From NCBI GenBank assembly GCA_963823505.1, contig CAWGLY010000004.1, positions 68,807 through 132,806 of the forward strand: DNA of 64,000 nucleotides, read 5' to 3'. Origin of the DNA: an uncultured Acidimicrobiia bacterium (lineage in GTDB: Bacteria > Actinomycetota > Acidimicrobiia > Spongiisociales > UBA5794). The position numbers were made by a program, and so were the translations under genes. Of this stretch, positions 1-9,416 are shown in pieces. The first letter of the stretch is position 1, and each line of letters opens with the position of its first letter. The notes beneath the pieces were generated by a model, which was not told where the DNA came from, made no database searches, and saw only the letters and a program-made list of their open reading frames with translations.

Positions 1-4
1 CAAC

Positions 5-727
5 GTGCTACCGGCAGCGCTGGCAGGCACGGGAGCCGACGCTCTTGTCACCGGGTCGGCGGCGGGCACGGCCGACTACGTGTCGATCATCGACGGCCGC
101 ACGCCGATCATCTTCACGTTCGTGCTGGGGCTCAGCTTCTTGCTCCTGATGCTGGTGTTTCGATCCATCGTCGTTCCGCTGAAGGCCATCGTGATGAACC
201 TGCTTTCCGTTGGGGCGGCGTACGGACTTCTCGTGCTCGTGTTCCAGCAAGGCGTCGGCGCCGACCTCTTCGGCTTCCAGCAGACCGACGTCATCGAGGC
301 GTGGATTCCGCTCTTCCTGTTCGCCGTCCTCTTCGGTCTGTCGATGGACTACCACATCTTCTTGTTGAGCCGCATCAAGGAGCGCTACGACGTCACAGGC
401 AACAACGACGAGTCCGTGGCGTTTGGGCTCGGGTCAACCGGGGCGATCATCACGGGTGCAGCTCTGATCATGGTTGCGGTGTTCGGCGGGTTTGCCGCAG
501 GCGACCTGGTGATGTTCCAGCAGATGGGGTTCGGGCTCGCAGTTGCCGTGATCCTCGACGCCACCATCGTGCGGTCGATCCTGGTCCCTGCAACGATGAC
601 GCTGCTGGGGGACCGCAACTGGTACTTCCCAAGCTGGCTGAGCTGGTTGCCTGAGATTCACGTCGAGGGTCGACCGGATCACGTCCCGACCGCAGTGGAG
701 TCTGAGCCGGAGCCCGTCCTGGTCTGA
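5..727 (+). CDS. MMPL/RND-superfamily membrane transporter, C-terminal fragment (gene starts upstream of window)
   Basis: The ORF runs from the window edge. It has an MMPL-type transmembrane region (SMDYHIFLLSRIKERYD, several TM helices). Internal antisense and alternate-frame ORFs are ignored. Confidence 0.75.
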   Translation: MLPAALAGTGADALVTGSAAGTADYVSIIDGRTPIIFTFVLGLSFLLLMLVFRSIVVPLKAIVMNLLSVGAAYGLLVLVFQQGVGADLFGFQQTDVIEAWIPLFLFAVLFGLSMDYHIFLLSRIKERYDVTGNNDESVAFGLGSTGAIITGAALIMVAVFGGFAAGDLVMFQQMGFGLAVAVILDATIVRSILVPATMTLLGDRNWYFPSWLSWLPEIHVEGRPDHVPTAVESEPEPVLV

Positions 728-1812
728 GCGTCTTCATCGCCGATGCCCGCCGACTCCCCGGCGGGCATCGCCGCGATGCGGGTGCGGATCCACTCGCCGA
801 AATGGGCGACGAGGCGCTCGGAGTCGAGGAAGAGTGTGCCGTGATCGTGAGTGGCCGCCTCCATGCCTCGGTGCACGGATTCGACGAGCGGCAGATCCTC
901 GGCTCCGACTTGGTCGTCGAATGCCAACATCGACTCGATCCACCCATCGTCTGCATCAGGACCGAAGAAGTAGTCCAGGAAGCGGTGGGTCGTGCCGGGC
1001 GACGTCGGGATCACCGGTCCGATCGACAGGTTCTGCCGTCCCGGCATGATGTTGATCGCCGTCGCAGGGTGGATCACGTGAAACTGACCGCGACCGACGG
1101 GACCCGACGGATCGAACGTCCCGGTCCAGCCGGGTCGAACCGGACCGTACTGCGTGGAGCCTGTCGGTGACGTGATCAGCCGGTAGTCGTCAGGACCCGT
1201 GTCGATGACCCGGGAGAACGCCGGATGCGCAACCCGGCAGTGGTAGCACTCGAGGAAGTTCTCGACACACACTTTCCAATTGCCGCGGTAGTCGGATTCC
1301 GTTCGCCTCCAGAACCGCAGGGCGTCGACATCGACCACTTCCGCCACACGTTCGGGCACGTCACCGATCCATTCCTCGAACGAGGCGTCGGGCTCCACGG
1401 CAACGAATAGGAACGGCCCCCACCGGCCGAGACCGATCGGGGAGAGGGCGTGGGTGGAGGGGTCGAAGTCGGGTTCCCTGTCGGAGCGGGGGGCGTTGCG
1501 AAGGCTCCCATCGAGGTCGTAGGTCCAGGCGTGATACGGACACTGCAGGGTCTCGCCTGCGGCAGCCGACGGGCACACGATCGAGCCGCGGTGCCGGCAC
1601 ACATTGACGAGAGCATGGAACGTATCGGCGGAATCGCGGGTCACCACCACCGGGACCCCGTTCACGTCGATCGGGAGGGCAGCCGCCTGCGCCGGGAACA
1701 TGCCGGTATGGCCGACGTAGTGCCACGCGCCGCGGAAGACCCGCAGTTGCTCTGCCTGGAGAATGGCCGGATCGGTGTACCACGACCACGGGAGCGTCTG
1801 CGCATTGGGCAT
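679..1812 (-). CDS. Rieske [2Fe-2S] aromatic ring-hydroxylating oxygenase alpha subunit
   Basis: Rieske motif CRHRG...CPYHAW is present and the catalytic domain follows it. The likely start is MPNAQTLPWSW (M98 of the 474-aa ORF); the upstream extension is low-complexity. Confidence 0.75.
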   Translation of the reverse strand: MPNAQTLPWSWYTDPAILQAEQLRVFRGAWHYVGHTGMFPAQAAALPIDVNGVPVVVTRDSADTFHALVNVCRHRGSIVCPSAAAGETLQCPYHAWTYDLDGSLRNAPRSDREPDFDPSTHALSPIGLGRWGPFLFVAVEPDASFEEWIGDVPERVAEVVDVDALRFWRRTESDYRGNWKVCVENFLECYHCRVAHPAFSRVIDTGPDDYRLITSPTGSTQYGPVRPGWTGTFDPSGPVGRGQFHVIHPATAINIMPGRQNLSIGPVIPTSPGTTHRFLDYFFGPDADDGWIESMLAFDDQVGAEDLPLVESVHRGMEAATHDHGTLFLDSERLVAHFGEWIRTRIAAMPAGESAGIGDEDAQTRTGSGSDSTAVGT

Positions 1813-1855
1813 GCACCGCAGGCTACCGGTGGTGGAGTGGGGTATCGTTGCGGGC

Positions 1856-2281
1856 ATGCCGCGACGAGACACGGACAGGAGTGCGCTTTCGACGGCGCTG
1901 GCCAGCCGGTTGCGCGACGTCGGCCTCGTGTGGCATCCGCAACCGGGAGACCGCTTTGCGATACCCGATCGTGGTCTCGACGAGCGACTCTTCGCCATCA
2001 GCGACATGGTGATCGAGGTGCGTGATCGTGTCGGCGATCGCGAGCTGGCCTTCAACGGCACCGTTGAATGGGCTCTCGATTCGATCCTGACCGACGAGGT
2101 CATCTGGGTGCCGACCGAGGGTCAGCTCCGCGAGCTGATCGGGGAGAGCTTCATCGCGCTCTACCAGGACGAAGCCATCTACGCCTGTGTCGCCCGCATC
2201 GACGGCGAGCCGAGAACGTTTGCCGCCTCGAGTGCCGCCGAGGCCTATGGGCAGGCGCTCCTGGCGCAGCTCACCGGCTAG
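1856..2281 (+). CDS. hypothetical protein
   Basis: This is a clean 141-aa frame starting at MPRRDTDRS and it does not overlap neighbours. No motif recognised. Confidence 0.4.
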   Translation: MPRRDTDRSALSTALASRLRDVGLVWHPQPGDRFAIPDRGLDERLFAISDMVIEVRDRVGDRELAFNGTVEWALDSILTDEVIWVPTEGQLRELIGESFIALYQDEAIYACVARIDGEPRTFAASSAAEAYGQALLAQLTG

Positions 2282-2338
2282 AGAGCTGCGGCTACGGGGC
2301 GCGGTTGCGCAGCTCGGATCGGTCGTCGCAGCTCGAGA

Positions 2339-4483
2339 TCAGCCACCGAAGAACCCGGTCAAGAGCCCTTCATAGACGACCGCTTGGCTCGGGTCGGCTG
2401 CGACGAGTACGACGCGCGTGCCGTCTGTGGCGGCCGCAAGTGGCGGATGCCCCAACCCGGGGACTTCAAAGCTCTGCCAAGCAGTTCCCTCGAGCGACCA
2501 CGCCACGACCTGCCCGTCGATCGTGCCGAAGGCGACGGTCATGTCCGCAAGTTGCACGATCGAAGTGATGAGATCGGGACTCCCTGCCAGATCGGCGGGA
2601 GTTGCGTCGAGCCAGGTGTCGCGGTCGGGGGAGATGGAAACCCACGAGTCGATCGAGGATTCGCTCTGGCTGGTGCCCCACACCACGACACGGTCGTCGG
2701 TGGTGATGGCGCAATCCTGGACCGAGGCGAACGAGCCGTCCGCCATTCGCACCGTCTGCGTCTCCCATGTCTCGCCGCCGTCTGTCGTGGTCGCGGCCTG
2801 GACCTCCACGCCGGACCCGTCGGTTTGCTCCAGATCCTGACGTCCACCGAGAGCGACCCAGACCTCGGGGTTGATCATGCACAGCGCATCGAGGTTGGTG
2901 AATTGTGAGGCGTCGTTGACGAAGGCCGCAGGCTGAACGACGGTCGGCGGCTGGGTGGTGTCGTTCCACACCACCATGGCGCCTCCCGACCTGCCGTCGA
3001 CTTCCGCATCGTCTCCGTACACGATCACCGTGTCTCCTGAAGCGGCAAGCCCGTTGGCGAAGAAGCCGGTCTCCGCCAGGGCGATGGGCTGCGACTGCCA
3101 CGGTTGCCCCTCGAGCAGAGTGAGAAGCGAAAGATCCGCATCGGTGTTGCTCAGCGCGGCGAAACGGTCATCAGTCACCGCAAGCTGCGCAGTGGGAGCG
3201 CCCACATCGCTCAGTTCCCAAGTGGCGGCGTTCGTCGATCGCCATGCCGGAGCCGGCACCTCGGCTGCGTTGCGCCCGATCACGACGAACACGTCATCGA
3301 GGGCCGCAGTGTCGAGGGCCGCAGGGGCGTCGGTGATGGTCGGTCCGATGGTGCTCGTCACCCAGTCGTTGCCGGCGAGCGTCGCAACCTCGCCGCCGGT
3401 GACGGCGACGAAATCCGACCCGATCCGCGTGGTCTGCACGGCGCCGGGAACCGCAGCTTGCCTGAGCAGCTCCCACGATGCCCCGTCGACAGATGTCCAC
3501 GCCGCGAATTGCGAGGTCGCCACGAATCCTGCCGAGTCACGTGTGACCGCTGTGATGGTCCGGCTCTGCGCATCGCCGCCAAAGCTTCCGATCTGCTCCC
3601 ACGTCAGCCCGTCGGTCGAGCGCCAGATGGCGGGCACCTGCTCGGTGCGGCCGGTTGCTCCGCCGGCGATGATCGTCGTACCGTCGTCGGCAATCGTGGA
3701 GATGGTGGCACCGGGGAAACGCACTGTTGTGTACGTTGCGCCATCTGCGGTCGACGTCAACAGAGCGGTGCCCTCCTCAAAGCCGGCCACTGTGATCTGG
3801 CTCGGGGTGACGGCAACGCCGACAATCGAATCCTCGAGGAGCGGGAATCCGGTTGCCTTGTCCCAATCTCCGCCCCGGTCGCTGATCCACAACGCTCGTT
3901 CGGTGCGGGATGCGGTCACTGCCGCATACCGGTCTCCGTCGGCGTCGACGGCGAGGACGCTTCCCTCCGCCTCGACTGGGAGCTCGAGAAGCTGCCACTG
4001 GCCGCCGTCCCGTTCCCATACCACCGGGTGCGGGTCGCCTTCCCGTGAGGAGCTGCCGCCTGCAAGCGTTACGGTGCCGGTCGAGACCACAGTCGCGACG
4101 CTGCCTGCTGCTCCGGGCTCGAGGCCCGGCAGGGTCGTGGCGGTGAGATCTCCCGCGGTTGGTCCCTCCCAGACCGTCGGGACTCGAACGCCGCCGGCGG
4201 AATCAAAATCGGAGCCGGCGACCACGATCGTGCCCGCCTCGGTCTCTGCAATGCCGGCGAGGCTGACCGGGCCGGACGGCAGCGTCATCCCGTCGGCACG
4301 AACGAGAGTGACCACGGGCGGGCGTGTCGTTGTGGTGGTCGAACTGGCCGTGGAGCTGTCGCCCCCTGCGCTTTCTGTCACCGGGCCGGTCGTTGAGGCT
4401 GAAGAGGTGTCGTCGCCACTGCAGGCGGTGAATGCCAGCAGTAACGCCGCGGCGCAGTATCGAACTCGTTGGGCCGTGAACAC
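2339..4483 (-). CDS. secreted BNR/Asp-box repeat lipoprotein (sialidase/Ycf48-like beta-propeller)
   Basis: A lipoprotein-type signal (AAALLLAFTAC) is present. Repeated S-x-D-x-G-x-T-W Asp-box motifs occur (STDGGETWE, STDGLTWEQ, SVDGASWEL, STNAATWEL). The GTG start was chosen behind an AGGAGC RBS; the long N-terminal extension in the ORF track is unlikely. Confidence 0.65.
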   Translation of the reverse strand: MFTAQRVRYCAAALLLAFTACSGDDTSSASTTGPVTESAGGDSSTASSTTTTTRPPVVTLVRADGMTLPSGPVSLAGIAETEAGTIVVAGSDFDSAGGVRVPTVWEGPTAGDLTATTLPGLEPGAAGSVATVVSTGTVTLAGGSSSREGDPHPVVWERDGGQWQLLELPVEAEGSVLAVDADGDRYAAVTASRTERALWISDRGGDWDKATGFPLLEDSIVGVAVTPSQITVAGFEEGTALLTSTADGATYTTVRFPGATISTIADDGTTIIAGGATGRTEQVPAIWRSTDGLTWEQIGSFGGDAQSRTITAVTRDSAGFVATSQFAAWTSVDGASWELLRQAAVPGAVQTTRIGSDFVAVTGGEVATLAGNDWVTSTIGPTITDAPAALDTAALDDVFVVIGRNAAEVPAPAWRSTNAATWELSDVGAPTAQLAVTDDRFAALSNTDADLSLLTLLEGQPWQSQPIALAETGFFANGLAASGDTVIVYGDDAEVDGRSGGAMVVWNDTTQPPTVVQPAAFVNDASQFTNLDALCMINPEVWVALGGRQDLEQTDGSGVEVQAATTTDGGETWETQTVRMADGSFASVQDCAITTDDRVVVWGTSQSESSIDSWVSISPDRDTWLDATPADLAGSPDLITSIVQLADMTVAFGTIDGQVVAWSLEGTAWQSFEVPGLGHPPLAAATDGTRVVLVAADPSQAVVYEGLLTGFFGG

Positions 4484-4547
4484 GATCGGTCGCTCCTGAT
4501 GCGAGGCTGGCGCAACGGTAACGCCTGGAGCGGGATGTGAGACCGAG

Positions 4548-5195
4548 ATGCACGTCATCTGCACGTATGCTCGGGACCATGTGCGGGATGACCGACGGAC
4601 GTGCCCGGATTGCCGTTGTGGCGAGGTAGCGGTGGGATTCACCCGACAGGAGCTCGAGTCATATCGGGACGCTTCAGTTCCTGACCTGGTTGGACCGGGG
4701 CTGCGTTTGCTGTTTGTCGGCATCAACCCGGGGCTGTGGACGGCGGCAACGCAGACGCACTTCGCGCATCCGGGGAACCGGTTCTACCCGGCCCTGCGGC
4801 TCGCCGGGGTCATCGAACGGGACATCGACCGATCGGCAGGCTTCACCGCGGACGACCGGGCCCACCTGATCGAGCGTGGCATTGGCATCACCAATCTCGT
4901 CAATCGGGCGACGGCACGGGCGAGCGAGCTGTCAGCCGAGGAACTGAAGGCAGGGGGGCAGACGTTGCGTGAATTCGTCGCCGAGCATCGACCGGGCGTG
5001 GTCGCCGTTGCCGGCGTGACCGCGTACCGCACCGCGTTCGGACGCCGGACCGCAACGCTGGGCCGGCAGCCGGAGTCGATCCATGGGGCCGAGCTGTGGG
5101 CGGTTCCCAACCCGAGCGGTCTCAACGCCCACGAGACCACCGAGTCCCTGGCTGCGTGGTATCGCCAGGTGGGTGAAGCCGCGGGCATCGTCTGA
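4548..5195 (+). CDS. mug: G/U mismatch-specific uracil-DNA glycosylase (Mug/family 2 UDG)
   Basis: The GINPG active-site motif is present and the uracil-DNA glycosylase fold is conserved along the length. The true start may be an internal GTG. Confidence 0.7.
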   Translation: MHVICTYARDHVRDDRRTCPDCRCGEVAVGFTRQELESYRDASVPDLVGPGLRLLFVGINPGLWTAATQTHFAHPGNRFYPALRLAGVIERDIDRSAGFTADDRAHLIERGIGITNLVNRATARASELSAEELKAGGQTLREFVAEHRPGVVAVAGVTAYRTAFGRRTATLGRQPESIHGAELWAVPNPSGLNAHETTESLAAWYRQVGEAAGIV

Positions 5196-5209
5196 GCGGA
5201 ACCGTCCGC

Positions 5210-5665
5210 TCAGCCGGCTTCGGCGGCAGCCTTGATGTCGTCCAGGTCCTGTTCGATAGCCTTGCGGGTGGACCCCTGGAACATCCTTCCTATTGTGGCT
5301 GCCATGATCTTGCCCATGATCCCGTCGGGCTCGGCGGCGAACGTCATCCCGACTCGGCAGCGGTCCTCGTCCGCAGCTTCGACAGACATCGTCGACACGT
5401 AGTGGGCTCCGCGAGCATCAGCCTCCACCGTGTACGACACGCCCGGTTCGATGTGGGTGACCACCATCTCTTCGGTCGCGGTCTTGCCAGACATGGTGCG
5501 GGTCTCCCGCCACTTGGTACCGACCCCGAACTCGGAGCCCCCGTCGAGGCGCTCGATCTTGTCGATGCCGGACATACGTGCCGCGGCACCATCGAGGTCG
5601 GTGATGATCTCCCACACCTTCGAAGCCGGCGCCCCGACGTTCTTCCGCATTGCCATCTCAGCCAT
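5210..5665 (-). CDS. SRPBCC-family (polyketide cyclase/START-like) protein
   Basis: About 150 aa with START/Bet-v1-like composition (KVWEIITDLDGAA...). The start was chosen at MAEMAMRK. Confidence 0.5.
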   Translation of the reverse strand: MAEMAMRKNVGAPASKVWEIITDLDGAAARMSGIDKIERLDGGSEFGVGTKWRETRTMSGKTATEEMVVTHIEPGVSYTVEADARGAHYVSTMSVEAADEDRCRVGMTFAAEPDGIMGKIMAATIGRMFQGSTRKAIEQDLDDIKAAAEAG

Positions 5666-5825
5666 GTGCCGCTCCTGTGGTCTGGGGTTTGGCCCAGAGA
5701 CTACATGGCGACCATGACGGGTCGGATGGGCAGCCGCTCTCATCGAATGTGATGAGGAGGTCCAGGGTCGGGCGGCTCATTGAGCCCCCGTGGGCGGTTC
5801 CGGGTGTAAGCACCGGCCGATCGGG

Positions 5826-5963
5826 AGTGTCTCACCTATGTCAGCCGGCGAACAGGGATTCGACGACAGACCGGCCCGGTAGGGCCCGGCGAGAGCCGGT
5901 GGGCCAAGGTTTGTGGAGGCGGACAAACGGGGCTCCTGTGGGAGCCCCTCCGCATTTCTGGGA
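5826..5963 (+). repeat. repeated structured element, copy A (candidate ncRNA or REP-like element)
   Basis: The conserved 5' core is gtgtctcacctatgtcagccggcga..ggattcg. The 3' hairpin is ggggctcc-tgtg-ggagcccc, followed by ctccgcatttctgg. It is homologous to the copies at 7556 and 25441. Confidence 0.6.
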
Positions 5964-6187
5964 GGTCTTCACGTCGCACGCTCCTCTTTCGCACGGTCTA
6001 CCGCACTTCGAGGGGGCCCAGGAATCGGGCGATGACACCGGCGTGATCGGGCGAGGTATGGCCACGCGGATGAGCCGCAAGGCTCATCGTGTGTGGACGG
6101 CCTGCCGCGTACCGTGGCGGCATGGGCCGAATCGTTGGAATGGATCGTGGCCGGGAACCCCGTGACGTCGCACGGCGTCCGACCTTC

Positions 6188-7486
6188 ATGAGAGCCAAGG
6201 TACTTCTGGGATTGGCCGCCGTCGTGTTGAGCGCGTGCGGCGGTGGGGCCACTGCGACTCCTGCGCAGCCGGGCGAGCGGGCGACCACGACAGCGTCCGT
6301 AACGCCGACCTCCTCAGCGACAACACAGCCAACGACGGTGCCGGGAGGCACTGCATCCGACCTCGCCCCGCTCAACGAGGCGAGGAGCCGCTGGGCTGCC
6401 GCAAATATGAGCACCTTCAGCTACGTGTTCGAGGACGATTGTGGCGAGTGCATGCCGGTTTCGCAGCAGGTCGTCGTGTGGGACGGCGTTCTCGCTTCAG
6501 GTGGCGAGCCGGTCCCTTCGATCGAGGCGATGTTCGATGCCATAGAGTCTGCGATTGCTGACGGCCAAGCGGTGGACGTCGTGTACGACGACGAGCTCGG
6601 GTTTCCCGTGGACCTGTGGATCGATCGGGAGGCCCGTGCATATGACGGCGGGATCCACTGGCTGATCGAGGGCTTTTCAGGTCGGCTGCCGGGTGACGGC
6701 AGCTCGCTCGACGGGCTCGACGCGGCAGAGGCAAGATGGCAGGCCATGCGGCCCTTGGCGTACTCCTTCCGCACCACCATCATCTGCGACTGCGAGCTCG
6801 ACGGTTGGCTGCGGACCCGGGTCGAGGGCGTCGAGATCGTCGATTGGGAGATGGATCTGACAGTCGGAGACTCAGCGAGCTTTTCCCCACTCACCGTTGA
6901 CGAGCTGCTCGCCGATCTCCGGGAGCTGTTCTCCGCCGGCGTCGAGCAGCAAGGGGTGCGGGTCGGCGGGTCGGCCGAGTACCACCCTGAGCTCGGGTAC
7001 CCCGTGTGGGTCGGCCTCGACATCGAGGTGCTCGACCCCGAGAGCGAACTCGCCGACCTGCCGCCGCGGCTGATCTTCAGTATCGACCAGTTCAACGCAG
7101 AGGAGCCGAGTGGAGATCTTGGTTCCGCGACGAACCTCGATGAATTCCAAGTGGCAAGAGAGCGCTGGGTGGCCACGGGCCTCGTCGACTATCAGTACTC
7201 GCTCACGGTCCACGACATTCTCAGCGGTGACTACAGCGACCCGTACACCGTGATCGTGCTCGATGGCGCCGTGGCGACGGTCACGGCCGCCGACAACACC
7301 ATCGACGATCCGGAGCTGCCTGCCCTGCCGATCAATGACCTCTTCGACCGCATCGAGGTGTGGAGCCAGTCGGGAACACCGGCCGATGTGATCTACCACG
7401 AGGTGCTCGGCTATCCGGTCGTCGTGGTGCGGCGGTCGGGAGATACGCCCCTTGCGTTCTCCATCAGCGACCTCGTCGAGCGCTGA
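6188..7486 (+). CDS. lipoprotein with three internal repeats of an unknown domain
   Basis: Signal peptide plus lipobox (MRAKVLLGLAAVVLSACGG). Three internal repeats carry a D-V-V/I-Y-x-E-L-G-F/Y-P-V motif (DVVYDDELGFPV, EYHPELGYPVWV, DVIYHEVLGYPVVV). Confidence 0.6.
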   Translation: MRAKVLLGLAAVVLSACGGGATATPAQPGERATTTASVTPTSSATTQPTTVPGGTASDLAPLNEARSRWAAANMSTFSYVFEDDCGECMPVSQQVVVWDGVLASGGEPVPSIEAMFDAIESAIADGQAVDVVYDDELGFPVDLWIDREARAYDGGIHWLIEGFSGRLPGDGSSLDGLDAAEARWQAMRPLAYSFRTTIICDCELDGWLRTRVEGVEIVDWEMDLTVGDSASFSPLTVDELLADLRELFSAGVEQQGVRVGGSAEYHPELGYPVWVGLDIEVLDPESELADLPPRLIFSIDQFNAEEPSGDLGSATNLDEFQVARERWVATGLVDYQYSLTVHDILSGDYSDPYTVIVLDGAVATVTAADNTIDDPELPALPINDLFDRIEVWSQSGTPADVIYHEVLGYPVVVVRRSGDTPLAFSISDLVER

Positions 7487-7555
7487 TTCCCGACCCGGGT
7501 CTGGCGCCTCATTTGCGCCGCCACAGCCGGTCGTGGTGTCAGATCGGGCCTGACC

Positions 7556-7668
7556 GTGTGTCGTACCTATGTCAGCAGCGAGTGAGGATTCGGGCAGACG
7601 GCGGGACGAAGGTCTCAGTACCAACGGCGGATGAACGGGGCTCCTACGGGGCCCCCTCCGCATTTCTG
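7556..7668 (+). repeat. repeated structured element, copy B (short variant)
   Basis: Core gtgtcgtacctatgtcagcagcgagtgaggattcg, then the 3' hairpin ggggctcc-tac-ggggcccc (G-U wobble compatible), then ctccgcatttctgg. Confidence 0.6.
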
Positions 7669-7735
7669 GCCCTCCATCTGGGGGGCAGGGCTGGCCCTCC
7701 ATCTGGGGGGCAGGGCTGGCCCTCCATCTACGCGG
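7668..7735 (+). repeat. 25-bp tandem direct repeat, about 2.6 copies (ggccctccatctggggggcagggct)
   Basis: Two perfect units and a partial third lie immediately 3' of element copy B. Confidence 0.7.
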
Positions 7736-7869
7736 CAGGGATCGCCCCCGGTGGGGGCAACACCGCATGCCAGTGACGGCAACACCCAGTAGCCGGACCG
7801 GGACCCCAAGGCGCACACTTGAACTCTCGGGGATGGTTCGCGCCATCCGTAGCTTCCAATGGGGGAACG

Positions 7870-9291
7870 ATGTCCAGCAAGGTAGACCCAGACGTAGACG
7901 TGCTCGTGATCGGTGGAGGCCCGTCCGGATCGACGGTGTCCACACTTCTGGCGCAGCATGGACATCGAGTGAGGGTGTTCGAACGGGCGAAATTCCCTCG
8001 CGAGCATGTTGGAGAATCGCTGCTGCCGTACTGCTTTGGCATCCTCGATGAATTGGGTGTCCTCGAGCAGATGAAGGACCAGGCGGTCCGCAAGCCTGGT
8101 GTGCGGTTCGTCGACGTCGATGGGCGGCATCACACCACCTGGTGCTTCGGTCATGTGATCAAGGATGAGAGTCATCTGTCGTTCCATGTGCGGCGCGACC
8201 GCTTCGACGACATGCTGCTCCGCAACGCCGAGTCTCATGGCGTCGACGTGTTGGAGGAGACCCGAGTGACGGCAGTCGAACTCGACGGTCCCGACGGGCT
8301 GGTCACGGTCACCGCAACCGGGCCTGACGGCGAGGAGCGCATCCACACCGGGAAGTACGTGGTCGACGCCAGTGGGCGGGACACGTTCATCGCCAACCGG
8401 ATGGGCTGGAAGAAGGCCCACGACGAGCTCGACCGAGTCGCCACCTCCACCCACTGGGAGGACGTCGAGTTCAACGGCGGTCTGGAGGAGGGACTGCTCC
8501 AGATCGTCTATTTGGGCGGCGAGAAGAAGGGGTGGATCTGGGTCATCCCCGTCGGCGCCACCCGCGTTTCGATCGGCATCGTCGTGAACAACGACTACTT
8601 CAAGGCGCAACGCAAGGCGCTGCGAGCCGCCGGATCCGAGGACTGGAAGCGGGACTTCTACGTGCAGGAGCTGGAGTCCTCGCCCTTCGTCGGTGAGGTG
8701 ATCGCTACCGGCCACATGGTGGCGGAGCCGGTGGTCAACGGCGACTATTCCTACAAGAGCGAGACGAAGTACGGAGACAACTTCGCCTTGGTCGGTGACG
8801 CGCACACGTTCATCGACCCCATCTTCGCCAGCGGCATCTTCCTGTCGATGAACAGCGCAAGCCTCGTTGCCGGGGCTTTGCACGAGGGTCTGACCACGTC
8901 GCCGGAGACCGGCAGGAAGGCACTCGACGGTGCGTACGAATCGATCGCCGGTGCCTACGGGCTGGTGGAGAAGGCCATCCGGCTGTTCTACGACCCGACC
9001 GCGATCAACTTCGCCCAGGCGGCTTCGGCCGAGGATCTCATCCACGAACGGCACAAGAATGCGCTTGCCAGCATGCACTACCTACTCGCCGGTGACTTCT
9101 TCAACCGCCACGAGGAGTACAGCAAGGTGATCGATCTCCTGGCTGACCCCAGCCTGTTTGCGAAGTACAAGTCGTTCGTGATCGATCGTCACGACGAGGC
9201 CACTTCATCGTGCGGCATGGACCGCGCCCAGGTGTTCAGCGAGTTCCTGCTCCGGGAGAGCGCCGCATCGTCTTCTTCCCCTCCCTCGTAG
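7870..9291 (+). CDS. FAD-dependent oxidoreductase, flavin-dependent halogenase/geranylgeranyl-reductase-like
   Basis: Dinucleotide-binding motif VLVIGGGPSGS near the N-terminus. GDAHTFIDPIFASGI is characteristic of the Trp-halogenase/GG-reductase clade. The long antisense ORF 7615..9078 is rejected. Confidence 0.75.
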   Translation: MSSKVDPDVDVLVIGGGPSGSTVSTLLAQHGHRVRVFERAKFPREHVGESLLPYCFGILDELGVLEQMKDQAVRKPGVRFVDVDGRHHTTWCFGHVIKDESHLSFHVRRDRFDDMLLRNAESHGVDVLEETRVTAVELDGPDGLVTVTATGPDGEERIHTGKYVVDASGRDTFIANRMGWKKAHDELDRVATSTHWEDVEFNGGLEEGLLQIVYLGGEKKGWIWVIPVGATRVSIGIVVNNDYFKAQRKALRAAGSEDWKRDFYVQELESSPFVGEVIATGHMVAEPVVNGDYSYKSETKYGDNFALVGDAHTFIDPIFASGIFLSMNSASLVAGALHEGLTTSPETGRKALDGAYESIAGAYGLVEKAIRLFYDPTAINFAQAASAEDLIHERHKNALASMHYLLAGDFFNRHEEYSKVIDLLADPSLFAKYKSFVIDRHDEATSSCGMDRAQVFSEFLLRESAASSSSPPS

Positions 9292-9416
9292 GCAGAGGTT
9301 CGGCCACGCCGGGGAGCGGTTCTGACCCGCATCGGCAACCAGCCGTGTCGATCGGCTAGCTCCCGCGTCTCGGCGCTTCGGCGTAGGATGCGTTTGGGAC
9401 TCGAGAGGGAGACGTC

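Noticed and set aside
2955-4499. 514-aa ORF opposite the BNR lipoprotein
   Set aside because: Ser/Ala/Pro/Thr low-complexity translation and entirely antisense to a motif-supported gene.
7668-7735. Possible CRISPR array
   Set aside because: Only about 2.6 copies of a 25-bp unit with no intervening unique spacers and no cas genes. This is a simple tandem repeat.
7615-9078. 487-aa ORF antisense to the FAD-dependent oxidoreductase
   Set aside because: It lies on the opposite strand of a gene with strong motif support. It has low complexity (Arg/Gly/Val rich), which is a typical high-GC antisense artefact.
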